Of a DNA stretch of 64,000 nucleotides, positions 29,065 to 38,201 are shown piece by piece. Where the stretch lies: positions 32,909 through 96,908 of the forward strand of contig CAWACT010000007.1 in the NCBI GenBank assembly GCA_963780745.1, given 5' to 3'. A program made the position numbers and the translations under genes. Each line of letters starts with the position of its first letter. Within the stretch, counting starts at the first letter, position 1. The notes beneath the pieces are model-generated. The model saw only the letters and a program-made list of their open reading frames with translations. It ran no database searches and had not been told where the DNA came from. Source of the stretch: an uncultured Actinomycetes bacterium. Lineage in GTDB: Bacteria > Actinomycetota > Acidimicrobiia > Spongiisociales > DATADW01.

Positions 29065-29947
29065 TCAGCGTGCGATCAGTACGTCGCACGGGACCGAGCT
29101 GAGCACCTGCTCGGCGACGGTCCCCAGCAACGGGGCCGGGGCTCCACCCCATCCTCGCCGGCCAACCGCAACCAGATCGGCCGACCGTCGGCGGACGACC
29201 TCCTCCAACACCTCTGAGGGTGGCCCCTCCTCGAGGATGGCGGGTACCCGGCCGTCCCACTGGGCGATGAACTCGTCGAGCTTCTCCTCCGCCCTGGTTC
29301 GGCGTTGCTTGCGGAGTTGCTGCACTTCCTCGGGGAACATCCCGGCCTCGCCGAACTGCCATTCGAATCGATAGGAGAGGGCGAACACGGCGGTCACTTC
29401 GGCATCTGGCGCCTGCTCGATCACGGTCTCGACCGCCCGGGCCGAGTGGGGCGACATATCGACCGCGACGACCACCCTCCGATAGCCGGTCCGGGGGCGA
29501 CGCCGCACCGCCAACAACGGGACCCGGCAGGTCCTGGCCATCCTGGAGGCGATCGGCCCGACCCGGGCGGCGTCCACCGATGATGTCCCAACGACGACCA
29601 GATCGGCATCTACGCGACAACCGACCGAGCACGGCGGCGGGCGAGCCAGATTGCACGGTCAGCTCGACTTCGCCCGCACCCCTCTGGCGCACCCAGGCGG
29701 CAAGCTCCTCGGCCGACCGCCGCCGCTGCGAGCGGACGATCTGCTCGACCGACCGCTCGATGAACGCCTCCCGCAGCGGCTCATCGACATGGACCAGCAC
29801 GAGCTCGGCCCCATGCGCCTCGGCGATGACGCGCGCCCGCTCCGCAACCCGCCGGCTCACCGGCGTCAGGTCGAATGCAGCAAGCACCCGTCGCACGTCG
29901 TCGCCCTCCCGCTCATCGGATGCTAGGGCCGATTGCCCGAATCGCAC
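29065..29947 (-). pseudogene. tandem universal stress protein (two UspA domains) with a frameshift near 29580-29620
   Basis: Domain 1 (VLAAFDLTPVSRRVAERARVIAEAHGAELVLVHV...) is in one frame. The end of domain 1 plus domain 2 (VPLLAVRR..VVVAVDMSPHS...GRRGWGGAPAPLLGTVAEQVLSSVPCDVLIAR) are in another. Confidence 0.65.
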
Positions 29948-29974
29948 GTGCCGAATGCGAACGGGTCCGTCGGG

Positions 29975-30612
29975 TCAGACAGGGCGATGACGAGGCGCTG
30001 AAGGTAGGCTGCTCCGCGCGATCTCGATTGCGCCGAGCGAAGCCAGGTGCCCGGTGAGCCACTGAACATCCAGGAGGGCATGTTGGCACCGTGCGGAGCA
30101 GGCCGATGAGGTGCACCAGAGCCACCTTGGATGCGTCGGTCGCCCGATGGAACATGGACTCCCCGGCGAACAGACCGCCGATCGATACTCCATAGAGTCC
30201 GCCGACCATGTCCCCGGAGTCGTCCCAAACCTCGGTGCTGTGAGCCCAGCCCATGCTGTGCAGCCGCCCGTACGCCACGGCGAAATTCCCGCGTGATCCA
30301 GGCGTTGGGGCGTTCCGGGCTGGCACAAGCCTCCACGACATCGTCGAAGCACGTGTCATGGGTGACAGTGAATCGACGAGTCGAGCGGCGCAGCGACCGG
30401 CTTGCCGCAAACCGCTCGACCTCGATGATCGCCCGGGGATCGGGAGAGAACCACGCGATTCGGCCCCCGTCGTGCGGCATCGGGAACAGGCCCGACCGGT
30501 AGGCGGCGAGGAGTGTCCCCGGCTCGAGGTCACCGCCAATCCCTACCAAATCTCTCAGTCCCTCCTTGGGGGTTGGGATTTGCCACCGCGAAGGAGGCGG
30601 CTCGGTCCTCAT
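29975..30612 (-). pseudogene. aat: leucyl/phenylalanyl-tRNA--protein transferase with about 2 frameshifts (near 30290 and 30090)
   Basis: [29 protein letters not shown] (frame a); [42 protein letters not shown] (frame b); [19 protein letters not shown] (frame c). Confidence 0.75.
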
Positions 30613-30649
30613 CGACCTCTCAGGATCGGGCCGACCGTGCTCTCATCTC

Positions 30650-31304
30650 TCACTTGGACGAGCGTCGGACGACGTCGGCCGATCGCACGTGGTCGACAGT
30701 CGAGAGGACGCCGACCACAGAGAGGGCCCGATCCGCCTCGGTATCGAGGTCCACTGTGATGGAATCATCGCCGGGTACGACTTCGACGACATCCACCGAG
30801 CTGTCGACAGTGGTCACCAGTGTCACCAGCCCAGGCAGGTCTAGAGCGGGATCGGCGACCACCCGGACCCGCCCCGAACTCAGCTTGAAGGTCGACGCAA
30901 TGACATTCTCCAAAGGTGGAAGGCCGACGAGGATGATCAGCGAGACGATGGTGACGGCGACTGCGATCCCGATCTGGCCGACACCTGCGGCAACACCAAT
31001 GGCGGCCACGACCCACAGCCCTCCCGCCGTGGTGAGCCCCTTGACCACCACACCCTCCCGGAAGATCACACCTGCACCTATGAAACCGATCCCTGCAGCC
31101 ACCTGCGAGGCGATGCGAGAGAGGTCGGTTCCCGGACCTTCGAACCCGGCCGCCCCCACATAGGCGAACAGGGCTGCACCCGACTCCGATCATCATGTGG
31201 GTGCGCATCCCGGCCGCCTTGCGCCGGACCTCCCTTTCCAGACCTACCAGCCCGGCAAGCCCGGCGACGATCAGCATCCGGACTACGCCGTCGACGAGGT
31301 CCAT
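30650..31304 (-). pseudogene. mgtC: MgtC/SapB family membrane protein with a frameshift near 31160-31180
   Basis: N-terminal MDLVDGVVRMLIVAGLAGLVGLEREVRRKAAGMRTHMMIG in one frame. The continuation GAAGFEGPGTD...GAGVIFREG...GLTTAGGLWVVAAIG is in another. Confidence 0.7.
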
Positions 31305-31434
31305 CGGTCGCCTCCTCTCTTCCTGTCCCTTCCGCCGGTCGCATGTTCTCACAGCGGCTCGGGAGTGCGGTCACCATTCGTTTTGAGACTCACCACCTGG
31401 GGTACCCTGGTGAGTGAATCCAGGAGCAAGGCTT

Positions 31435-31695
31435 ATGAGAGTTTGGATCGACCAAGACCTGTGCACCGGGGACGGGATCTGCTCGGAGATCGCCCCCGAT
31501 GTCTTTCAACCTCGGGACGACGGTCTCTGGGTGGTGAAAGAGGAGGCGTCGCACTTCGGGGCCAAAAAAGTCTTCGATGGCAACGATGGGCCCGAAGGGG
31601 CGGACGGGGTGGCCCGGGTCCCGGGCGGCCAAGAGGACATAACCATCGAAGCCGCCGAGGAGTGTCCCGGCGAGTGCATCATGCTGGAGCCCTGA
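31435..31695 (+). CDS. small single-cluster ferredoxin
   Basis: MRVWIDQDLCTGDGICSEIAPDVF ... ECPGECI. An AGGAG RBS sits 7 nt upstream. Confidence 0.6.
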   Translation: MRVWIDQDLCTGDGICSEIAPDVFQPRDDGLWVVKEEASHFGAKKVFDGNDGPEGADGVARVPGGQEDITIEAAEECPGECIMLEP

Positions 31696-31733
31696 ACCCC
31701 GTTCCGGGTCCCCGCTACCATCCCGGGTCCCGT

Positions 31734-31806
31734 TCCGGGGTAGCTCAATTGGCAGAGCAGTGGACTGTTAATCCATGTGTTGAGAGTTCGAGTCTCTCCC
31801 CCGGAG
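31734..31806 (+). tRNA. tRNA-Asn (GUU)
   Basis: Acceptor TCCGGGG/CCCCGGA, D-arm GCTC-AATTGGCA-GAGC, anticodon loop CTGTTAA, T-arm GAGAG-TTCGAGT-CTCTC, discriminator G. Confidence 0.9.
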
Positions 31807-31914
31807 CAAAGCTGTCTGACCAGGGCATTTGGAGTTTGGTTTGGTCCCCGGCAGTAGGCAATGGCATGACCCCCCTTCCGGTAGTGTCGGAACCAGCCGC
31901 AATGAGAGGCCATT

Positions 31915-32388
31915 ATGCGACGGAGATCCACGATGCTGGCGATGGTCTTGGTCGTCGCGCTGGCAGCCTGCAGCAACCTGAGTTTCGAGGACGGGCAGGC
32001 GACCTTCGACGTCAACCTCGACGAGGATGCCATCAACAGCGTGATCGGAACTGTGGACGAGCGGACCCAGGAGCACCTTCTGGATGATGTCACCTCGATC
32101 GACTTCATCGAACCGAACGTGGTTCGGGCCGCAGGCACCAAGGACGGCCAGCCGGGCAGCTATGACATGACCTTCACCGCCGAGGACAACTCGATCCGGG
32201 TCGAAGTGACCGCGGTGGACATCGAAGGGATGGAGCTGACGAGCGACGCCGTCACCGACCTGAACGAGGAGTTGAGCACGTCGTTCCAGGAGAGCGCCGA
32301 CCCGGAGGGTGACTCGGGGGTGAGCGATGTCAGGGTCGAGGACGACCAACTCGTGATCACCGTGACCGCCGCACTCGACGGCAGCTAG
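31915..32388 (+). CDS. acidic lipoprotein, hypothetical (lipobox LAAC)
   Basis: MRRRSTMLAMVLVVALAACS signal/lipobox; an Asp/Glu-rich mature part. Confidence 0.5.
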   Translation: MRRRSTMLAMVLVVALAACSNLSFEDGQATFDVNLDEDAINSVIGTVDERTQEHLLDDVTSIDFIEPNVVRAAGTKDGQPGSYDMTFTAEDNSIRVEVTAVDIEGMELTSDAVTDLNEELSTSFQESADPEGDSGVSDVRVEDDQLVITVTAALDGS

Positions 32389-32458
32389 ATCCGCTTTGGC
32401 GTCACAGGACGCGGGTCCTCACCGCGCTGGGTAACGCCACCTGCCGCGCCGTTCGCCC

Positions 32459-32851
32459 TTGCCGCGACCATCGCAGCTCCGGATTTGTCGCTACGTTGAG
32501 GGTTCGATCGGCACTCGGGTGGCGGCTCGGGCCAGGCAAAGAGGAGGCGAAGTGCGACTAAGAGCAGGTTTGGTCATCGGGTTCGGCGCCGGCTACATCG
32601 TCGGGGCCGCCGCGGGGCGGGAACGGTATGAGCAGATCGCCCGCACCTGGCGTAAGGCCCTCGAATCGCAGCCAGGTCAGGCCGCGGTCGAGGCGAGTCG
32701 CAAGCTCACCGGTCAGATGCGAGAGCTCGCCGGGCGCGGCATGGAGGCCGCCTCGTCAACGATCAAGAGAACCGTCAGTTCGGGCGAAGAGGTCGTCGAC
32801 GAGATGGTTGTCACCGTGCCTACCAACGGGATCGGCGTTTCGGGCAGCTAG
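32459..32851 (+). CDS. hypothetical small protein with one TM-like segment (GLVIGFGAGYIVGAAAG); start uncertain
   Basis: ORF only; no recognisable domain. Confidence 0.3.
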   Translation: MPRPSQLRICRYVEGSIGTRVAARARQRGGEVRLRAGLVIGFGAGYIVGAAAGRERYEQIARTWRKALESQPGQAAVEASRKLTGQMRELAGRGMEAASSTIKRTVSSGEEVVDEMVVTVPTNGIGVSGS

Positions 32852-32870
32852 CCACGGTCCGACCCTTCGG

Positions 32871-34010
32871 TCAGCTCTCGCGCAGATAGCCCTGGAGCCG
32901 GCGGGACCTCGCCGGGTGACGCAGCTTGGCTAGTGCCTTGGTCTCCAACTGACGAACCCTCTCCCGGGTGACGTTGAAGTGCGCCCCGACCTCCTCGAGG
33001 GTGCGCACCCGGCCGTCGGCTAGCCCGAACCTCATCACGATCACCTGACGCTCCCGCTCGTTCAGCTCCTCCAAGGCGTGGGCCACGTACTCCTGGAGCA
33101 ATCGGAACGAAGCAGCCTCCACCGGCACCTCGGCCTCCGAGTCCTCTACGAAGTCGCCCAGCGTCGACTCGTCATCCTCGCCAAGGGGCGTCTCCAACGA
33201 CACCGGGTCCTGGGCGATCTGGCGAAGTTCGGTGACCCGACCCGGCTCAACCTCCATTTCGCCGGCGATCTCGGCGATGTTGGGCTCGCGGCCCAGCTCC
33301 TGGAGCAGTTGTCGTTGCACCTGGGCCAGCTTGTTGATTGTCTCCACCATGTGAACCGGTACACGTATGGTCCGCGCCTGATCCGCCAAAGCCCTGGTGA
33401 CCGCCTGGCGGATCCACCATGTGGCATAGGTGGAGAATTTGAAGCCCTTGCGGTAGTCGAACTTCTCCACGGCCCGCATGAGGCCGAGGTTGCCCTCCTG
33501 GATGAGGTCGAGAAGCGGCATCCCTCGCCCCACGTACTTCTTGGCTATGGACACGACGAGGCGCAGGTTTGCCTCGACCAATCGGTCCTTGGCCTGTTGA
33601 CCTATCCGCGCCGTCCGCTGCAGGATGACCCGGTCCTCGGTGGAGAACTCGCCGGTGGCGAGCTTGTCCGCCGCCTTGACCCCTGCCTCCACCTGGAGTG
33701 CCAGCTCCACCTCCTGCTGAGGAGTGAGCAGCGGCACCCGTCCGATCTCCTGCAGGTACATCCGGACGGGGTCGGATACCGAGACCAACTCCTCGGCGGT
33801 GATCCCGGTGGCGAGCGCATCGGGTCCCTCCTCGGCGATCTCGATGTCCGCCGCCCGGAGCCTCTCGAAAACCGTCTCGAACGACTCGGCGGGAGCCCGG
33901 GCATCCTCCAGCGCCTGGAGGACCTCGGACGCGGTGAGGAATCCTCTCTGGGTGCCCCGCTTCGTGAGCTCGTCTACGACCGCTTCGGTGTCGGTCAACT
34001 CAGCCCCCAC
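32871..34010 (-). CDS. sigA: primary-type sigma-70 factor (RpoD/SigA family)
   Basis: Regions 1.2 to 4 are present: ...[67 protein letters not shown], and an HTH region ([30 protein letters not shown]). Confidence 0.9.
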   Translation of the reverse strand: MGAELTDTEAVVDELTKRGTQRGFLTASEVLQALEDARAPAESFETVFERLRAADIEIAEEGPDALATGITAEELVSVSDPVRMYLQEIGRVPLLTPQQEVELALQVEAGVKAADKLATGEFSTEDRVILQRTARIGQQAKDRLVEANLRLVVSIAKKYVGRGMPLLDLIQEGNLGLMRAVEKFDYRKGFKFSTYATWWIRQAVTRALADQARTIRVPVHMVETINKLAQVQRQLLQELGREPNIAEIAGEMEVEPGRVTELRQIAQDPVSLETPLGEDDESTLGDFVEDSEAEVPVEAASFRLLQEYVAHALEELNERERQVIVMRFGLADGRVRTLEEVGAHFNVTRERVRQLETKALAKLRHPARSRRLQGYLRES

Positions 34011-35757
34011 GCAACGCTCTCCGTGACTGCTCCAACGCTATCAACTCGGCGAACAGCCGGGAATGGGTGTCTCCGTCAACTGGACGATCGAGGCGTCTCC
34101 GCAACTCGGCGATGCGCCTCTCCATCGCCCATGCCCGCAGGCTGGCAACCACTTCGTGCGGATCGTCGAGCGGACGGTCGTCGACCGCAAGCGAGCGGAG
34201 CAGCCCGGCCACAGGGGTGTCATCGTCCGCGAGGAGGGCACCCATGTCGAGCGGGTCACCGGGGTCGGTTCGCTTGGCCGGGACGAGCCGGGCGAAGGCG
34301 GCGCGATGCTCGTCCGAGGTGAACCAGTCCTCCGACACCTCGATCGCCGCCATCGGCTCGGGATTGGCCACCAGAAGACGGAGGAGCTCTCGTTCGGCGC
34401 GCTCCTGACCGCTGCGGCGGGGGGTAACGGCCGTCGGCGGCGCGGTACGCCTACCCCCAGCGGCATCGAGCACGGCACGCTCCACCAGAACCTGGTCGGC
34501 GCCGGTGTGGCGCGCCACGTGCCGGATGTACTCCTCTCGCGCGATCGCGTCGCCCTGTTGGGCGAGAAGCGGCGCAACCTCCTTGATGGCTCGCGCCCGG
34601 CCTTCGGGCTCGTCGAGGTCGAATCCCTCCAGCATCCGGTCAATCCGGAAGCGGACCAGCGGAACGGCCTGATCGACGGCTTCCTGCAGCTCGGCCAGCC
34701 TGCCATCCTGCGCGAGGTCGGCTGGGTCGTTTCCGGCGGGCATCACCGCCACTCTCAGATCGAGCCCCATCTCGAACGGCGACCGCAGCTGCCCGCCCCG
34801 CAGTGCGGCGCCGGCGCCCGCCTGGTCGGCGTCGAAGGCGAGGACGACCCGGTCGGCAAATCGCCGCAGCAGGTCGATGTGTTCCTCACCGAGCGCCGTC
34901 CCACATGTGGCGACCGCCTCGGGGATCCCGTTGCGGTGGCAGGCGATCACGTCGGTGTACCCCTCGACCACGACCGACCGGCCCAACCGGGTTATCGGAG
35001 CTTTGGCATGGTCGAGCCCGTAGAGAAGCCGCGCCTTCTGGTAGAGCCTCGTCTCCGGGGTGTTGAGGTATTTGGGCCCATCGCCCTCGAGCAGCCGCCC
35101 GCCAAACCCGACGGGGTCGCCACGCAGATCGTTGATGGGGAAGAGAACCCGGCCGTGGAACCAATCGCGCGGGCGGCCATTCCTCCCCCTCGCCGCCAGC
35201 CCCGTGTCGAGCATGGCTCGATCCGATACCCCGGCACCGCCGAGGTGACGAGTCAAGACGTCCCAATCGGTGCCCTGCGCCGCCGGTGACCACCCGATCC
35301 GGTAGTGCTCGACGGTGTCGGCGTCGTATCCGCGTCCGCGCAGATAGGCCCTGGCCCGTCCGGCGTCGGCGCCGTCGAGCAGCAGGCGGTGATAGAAGTC
35401 GACGGCAGCAGCCATCGCCTCCACCAGCCGGTCGCGATCGCTCCGTCTCCGCTTCTCGCCGGGTTCGCGTTCGAGGGTGATCCCCGCCTGGGAAGCGAGC
35501 TCCTCGACTGCTTCGTTGAAGTCGAGTCCCTTCGTGTCCATGAGGAACTTGAAGACATCTCCGCCCTGGTGACATCCGTGGCAATACCACACCGCCTTGG
35601 CAGGGTCGAGCGACAGCGAGGGCGTCTTTTCCTGATGGAAAGGGCAGATCGCCATGTAGCTCTTGCCCGTCCGACGCACCGTCGTCACGGTCTGGACGAG
35701 CTCGACCAGGTTGGTTGCGGTGCGCACCCGTTCGATGTCGTCGCGCCGGAAGGTCAC
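34000..35757 (-). CDS. dnaG: DNA primase DnaG (GTG start), overlapping the sigA start
   Basis: Zinc ribbon [15 protein letters not shown]...[10 protein letters not shown], a Toprim domain ([21 protein letters not shown]), and a C-terminal helicase-binding domain. Confidence 0.88.
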   Translation of the reverse strand: MTFRRDDIERVRTATNLVELVQTVTTVRRTGKSYMAICPFHQEKTPSLSLDPAKAVWYCHGCHQGGDVFKFLMDTKGLDFNEAVEELASQAGITLEREPGEKRRRSDRDRLVEAMAAAVDFYHRLLLDGADAGRARAYLRGRGYDADTVEHYRIGWSPAAQGTDWDVLTRHLGGAGVSDRAMLDTGLAARGRNGRPRDWFHGRVLFPINDLRGDPVGFGGRLLEGDGPKYLNTPETRLYQKARLLYGLDHAKAPITRLGRSVVVEGYTDVIACHRNGIPEAVATCGTALGEEHIDLLRRFADRVVLAFDADQAGAGAALRGGQLRSPFEMGLDLRVAVMPAGNDPADLAQDGRLAELQEAVDQAVPLVRFRIDRMLEGFDLDEPEGRARAIKEVAPLLAQQGDAIAREEYIRHVARHTGADQVLVERAVLDAAGGRRTAPPTAVTPRRSGQERAERELLRLLVANPEPMAAIEVSEDWFTSDEHRAAFARLVPAKRTDPGDPLDMGALLADDDTPVAGLLRSLAVDDRPLDDPHEVVASLRAWAMERRIAELRRRLDRPVDGDTHSRLFAELIALEQSRRALRGG

Positions 35758-35829
35758 CCACCGAGTGTACGGCTGGGGGGTGACTGCCCAGGGCCTGGCC
35801 CGGCAGGACGTTGCCCGTAGAATCCGCCC

Positions 35830-36564
35830 GTGGACTCGAGCTCGACCGGCCCAGCGATTGGGGAGACACCGCCGTACCGCCCCCATCTGGGCGAATCCCG
35901 CCAGTACTGGCGCGACATCATCCTGGGGGTCAATGACGGGCTCGTCTCCATCTTCCTGCTGGTTGCCGGGGTGGTGGGCGGTGGGCTCTCCACCAGCGAC
36001 GTCCTGTTGACCGCCATCGCCGGTGCGGTGGCCGGTGCCATCAGCATGGCGGCCGGCGAGTACCTCGCCACCAAGAGCCAGGACGAGGTGTTCCAACGCG
36101 AGATGGCGCTCGAGGAGGAGCACTTCACCTATCACCGGGAACGCGAGGTCGAGGAACTCGAAGAGATCCTCGCCGACCTCGGCCTCCACGGCGAGGTACT
36201 GGAGGCGGCCACTGCTCAACTCGCGGCGAGCGACGAGTCGATGCTCAAGGTGATGATGGCGCTGGAGTTCGGGGCGTTGGAGAAGGAGCGCCGCTCACCG
36301 TGGAAGGCGATGATCGCCTCGGGAGCACTCTTCCTCGTAGGAGCCTTGCCTTCTGTGGTCCCGTTCATCTTCGTGACCGACGCGCGGATCGGGCTCATCT
36401 GGGCGGCGATCCTCGCCGGGATCGGACTCTTCGCTGTGGGGTTCGTGAAGTCGGTGGTGACGCGCAGCCATCCTTTGCGCGCCGGCCTGGAGAACTTCGG
36501 CGTCGCCGCTGGTGGCGCCGGGGTCAGTTACCTCATCGGGAGTCTGTACGGGCGGGTGGCGTAA
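35830..36564 (+). CDS. VIT1/CCC1 family iron/manganese transporter
   Basis: WRDIILGVNDGLVSIFLLVAGVVGG...AGAISMAAGEYLATKSQ signature, a coiled linker, and a second TM bundle. Confidence 0.75.
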   Translation: MDSSSTGPAIGETPPYRPHLGESRQYWRDIILGVNDGLVSIFLLVAGVVGGGLSTSDVLLTAIAGAVAGAISMAAGEYLATKSQDEVFQREMALEEEHFTYHREREVEELEEILADLGLHGEVLEAATAQLAASDESMLKVMMALEFGALEKERRSPWKAMIASGALFLVGALPSVVPFIFVTDARIGLIWAAILAGIGLFAVGFVKSVVTRSHPLRAGLENFGVAAGGAGVSYLIGSLYGRVA

Positions 36565-36568
36565 GAAA

Positions 36569-36678
36569 GGTTATGGGTTATGGGTTTTGAGTGATGGGTA
36601 AGCGTCGACCCCCGGCCCGCCGGGCTTGTCACGCCGCTCGACTCACGTTCCAGAACCCACAACCCAGAACCCAAAACC
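36569..36678. repeat. inverted pair of four-heptamer arrays, (GGTTATG GGTTATG GGTTTTG AGTGATG) at 36569-36596 and (CAGAACC CACAACC CAGAACC CAAAACC) at 36651-36678, flanking a GC hairpin; the second array ends 5 nt before the amidase ATG
   Basis: Read directly. Both strands carry four GGG tracts (a G-quadruplex-like, telomere-like TTATGGG pattern). Confidence 0.5.
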
Positions 36679-36683
36679 TATAT

Positions 36684-38024
36684 ATGGAGCTTTACCAACT
36701 CGGGATAAGTGAACTCGGTGCCGGATATCGCAACCGAGAGTTCTCGCCCAGCGAAGTGGTCGAAGCGCTGCTGGCGAGGATCGAGGCCGTAGGAAGCGAG
36801 ATCGACGCCTTCGCCATGGTCACCGCCGACACCGCTATCCGCCAAGCCACCGAGGCGGAGAGCGCTCTGGCTCACGGGGACGAACGCCCGCTGCTCGGGA
36901 TCCCAATAGCCATCAAGGATCTGGTGGACACGGCAGGGATCGCCACCGAGGCAGGCAGCGCCCTGTTCGCCGGGAGGGTCCCATTCGAGGATGCCCCGGT
37001 GTGGAGCGCGCTGCGTGAAGCGGGATGCGTGCTCATCGGCAAGACCCGCACCCACGAGTTCGCCCTGGGATCCTCGACCCCGCCTACCACCAACCCGTGG
37101 AACACCGCGCACATCCCCGGTGGGTCCTCCGGGGGGAGCGCCGCCGCTCTCGCCGCCGGTTTTACCCCGGCGGCCATCGGGACCGACACCGCCGGGTCGA
37201 TCAGAATCCCCTCGGGTCTCTGCGGGACGGTCGGGTTGAAGCCGACCGCAACACTCGTCCCGGCCACCGGCGTCGTGCCCCTTTCTTGGAGTCTCGACAA
37301 CGTCGGCCCAATGGCGCGCTCCCCTCGCGACTGCGCCCTGCTGCTCGATGCGATCACACCCGGAGCACCCGGGACGACGCTTCCATGGAGCACCGACATC
37401 GAGGGTTGGCGAGTAGGTGTGCTGTCCAACCCGGGTCCGCTGTCTGCCGGCGTTGCCGAGGCGGTGACCACATCCGCCCGGCACCTCGCCGAAGCGGGGG
37501 CCGTGCTCGACGAGATCGAGATCACCGACTTCGAGGGCTGCGTCGACCTGGACTTCGACATCATCGCCGCCGAGGTGGCGCTCTACCACCGGCCCTGGTA
37601 CGAACAGAGGCTTGCCGAATACACCGGCGAGGTGGGACCGCGTGTCGGCAGCGGCTTCTCCATCGGCGCCGCCGAATACCTCGAGCACCGACGTCGCGCC
37701 GAGGGCTTCCGCACTGCCTTCCTCGCTGCACTCGATGGCCGCGACTTGATCCTCCTCCCCGGAATGCCCGCACCCGCACCGCGGATCGGCGATGAGGTGC
37801 TGTGGATGGGCGAGGAATCCGATCAGTACGACCATGCGCTGTGCCGCAACACGTCCTTCGCCAACCTCACCGGGTTGCCAGCTCTGGCGATCCCCGCCGG
37901 GCTCGAGGCCGGCCTCCCCGTCGGGGTCCAATTGGCCGCCGGACACTTCGAGGACCACCGGCTCCTTGCCGCCGGCCAGGTCCTGTGGGAGATGCTCCAT
38001 CCTCCCCGATTGGCGCCGATGTAG
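36684..38024 (+). CDS. amidase-signature family amidase (GatA-like)
   Basis: GGSSGGSAAALAAG...GTDTAGSIRIPS amidase signature; Ser-cisSer-Lys triad context. Confidence 0.8.
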   Translation: MELYQLGISELGAGYRNREFSPSEVVEALLARIEAVGSEIDAFAMVTADTAIRQATEAESALAHGDERPLLGIPIAIKDLVDTAGIATEAGSALFAGRVPFEDAPVWSALREAGCVLIGKTRTHEFALGSSTPPTTNPWNTAHIPGGSSGGSAAALAAGFTPAAIGTDTAGSIRIPSGLCGTVGLKPTATLVPATGVVPLSWSLDNVGPMARSPRDCALLLDAITPGAPGTTLPWSTDIEGWRVGVLSNPGPLSAGVAEAVTTSARHLAEAGAVLDEIEITDFEGCVDLDFDIIAAEVALYHRPWYEQRLAEYTGEVGPRVGSGFSIGAAEYLEHRRRAEGFRTAFLAALDGRDLILLPGMPAPAPRIGDEVLWMGEESDQYDHALCRNTSFANLTGLPALAIPAGLEAGLPVGVQLAAGHFEDHRLLAAGQVLWEMLHPPRLAPM

Positions 38025-38026
38025 AT

Positions 38027-38201
38027 AGAGAGGCGGAAGAGGAGTCCGACTCCGTCCCCCCGCAGGGGGGAAGGGACCCGCCCTGAATCACCCCCTCCGC
38101 TCGCTCCGCTCGCGCCTCCCCCTCACCGGGGGAGGCAGAGGATCGGCCCCCCTCCCGGTGAGGGAGGGGGCTGGGGGGAGGGTGATTGGCACTCGCCCCA
38201 G
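38027..38201. repeat. GC-rich REP-like extragenic element, copy 2 (same family as 18065-18245), filling the gap between convergent genes
   Basis: Shared blocks: tcaccccctccgctcgct..ctcgcgcctccccctcaccgggggaggca and gatcggc.cccctcccggtgagggagggggctggggggagggtgatt. Confidence 0.55.

Noticed and set aside
31697-31741. Direct repeat cccgttccggg immediately upstream of and within the 5' end of tRNA-Asn, considered as an integrative-element att site
   Set aside because: The duplication involves the 5' end of the tRNA rather than the 3' end. No integrase or foreign gene block is adjacent.
31506-32141. 211-aa minus-strand ORF overlapping tRNA-Asn and the lipoprotein gene
   Set aside because: It overlaps a tRNA and a plus-strand lipoprotein gene with signal peptide and lipobox. 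No domain signal.
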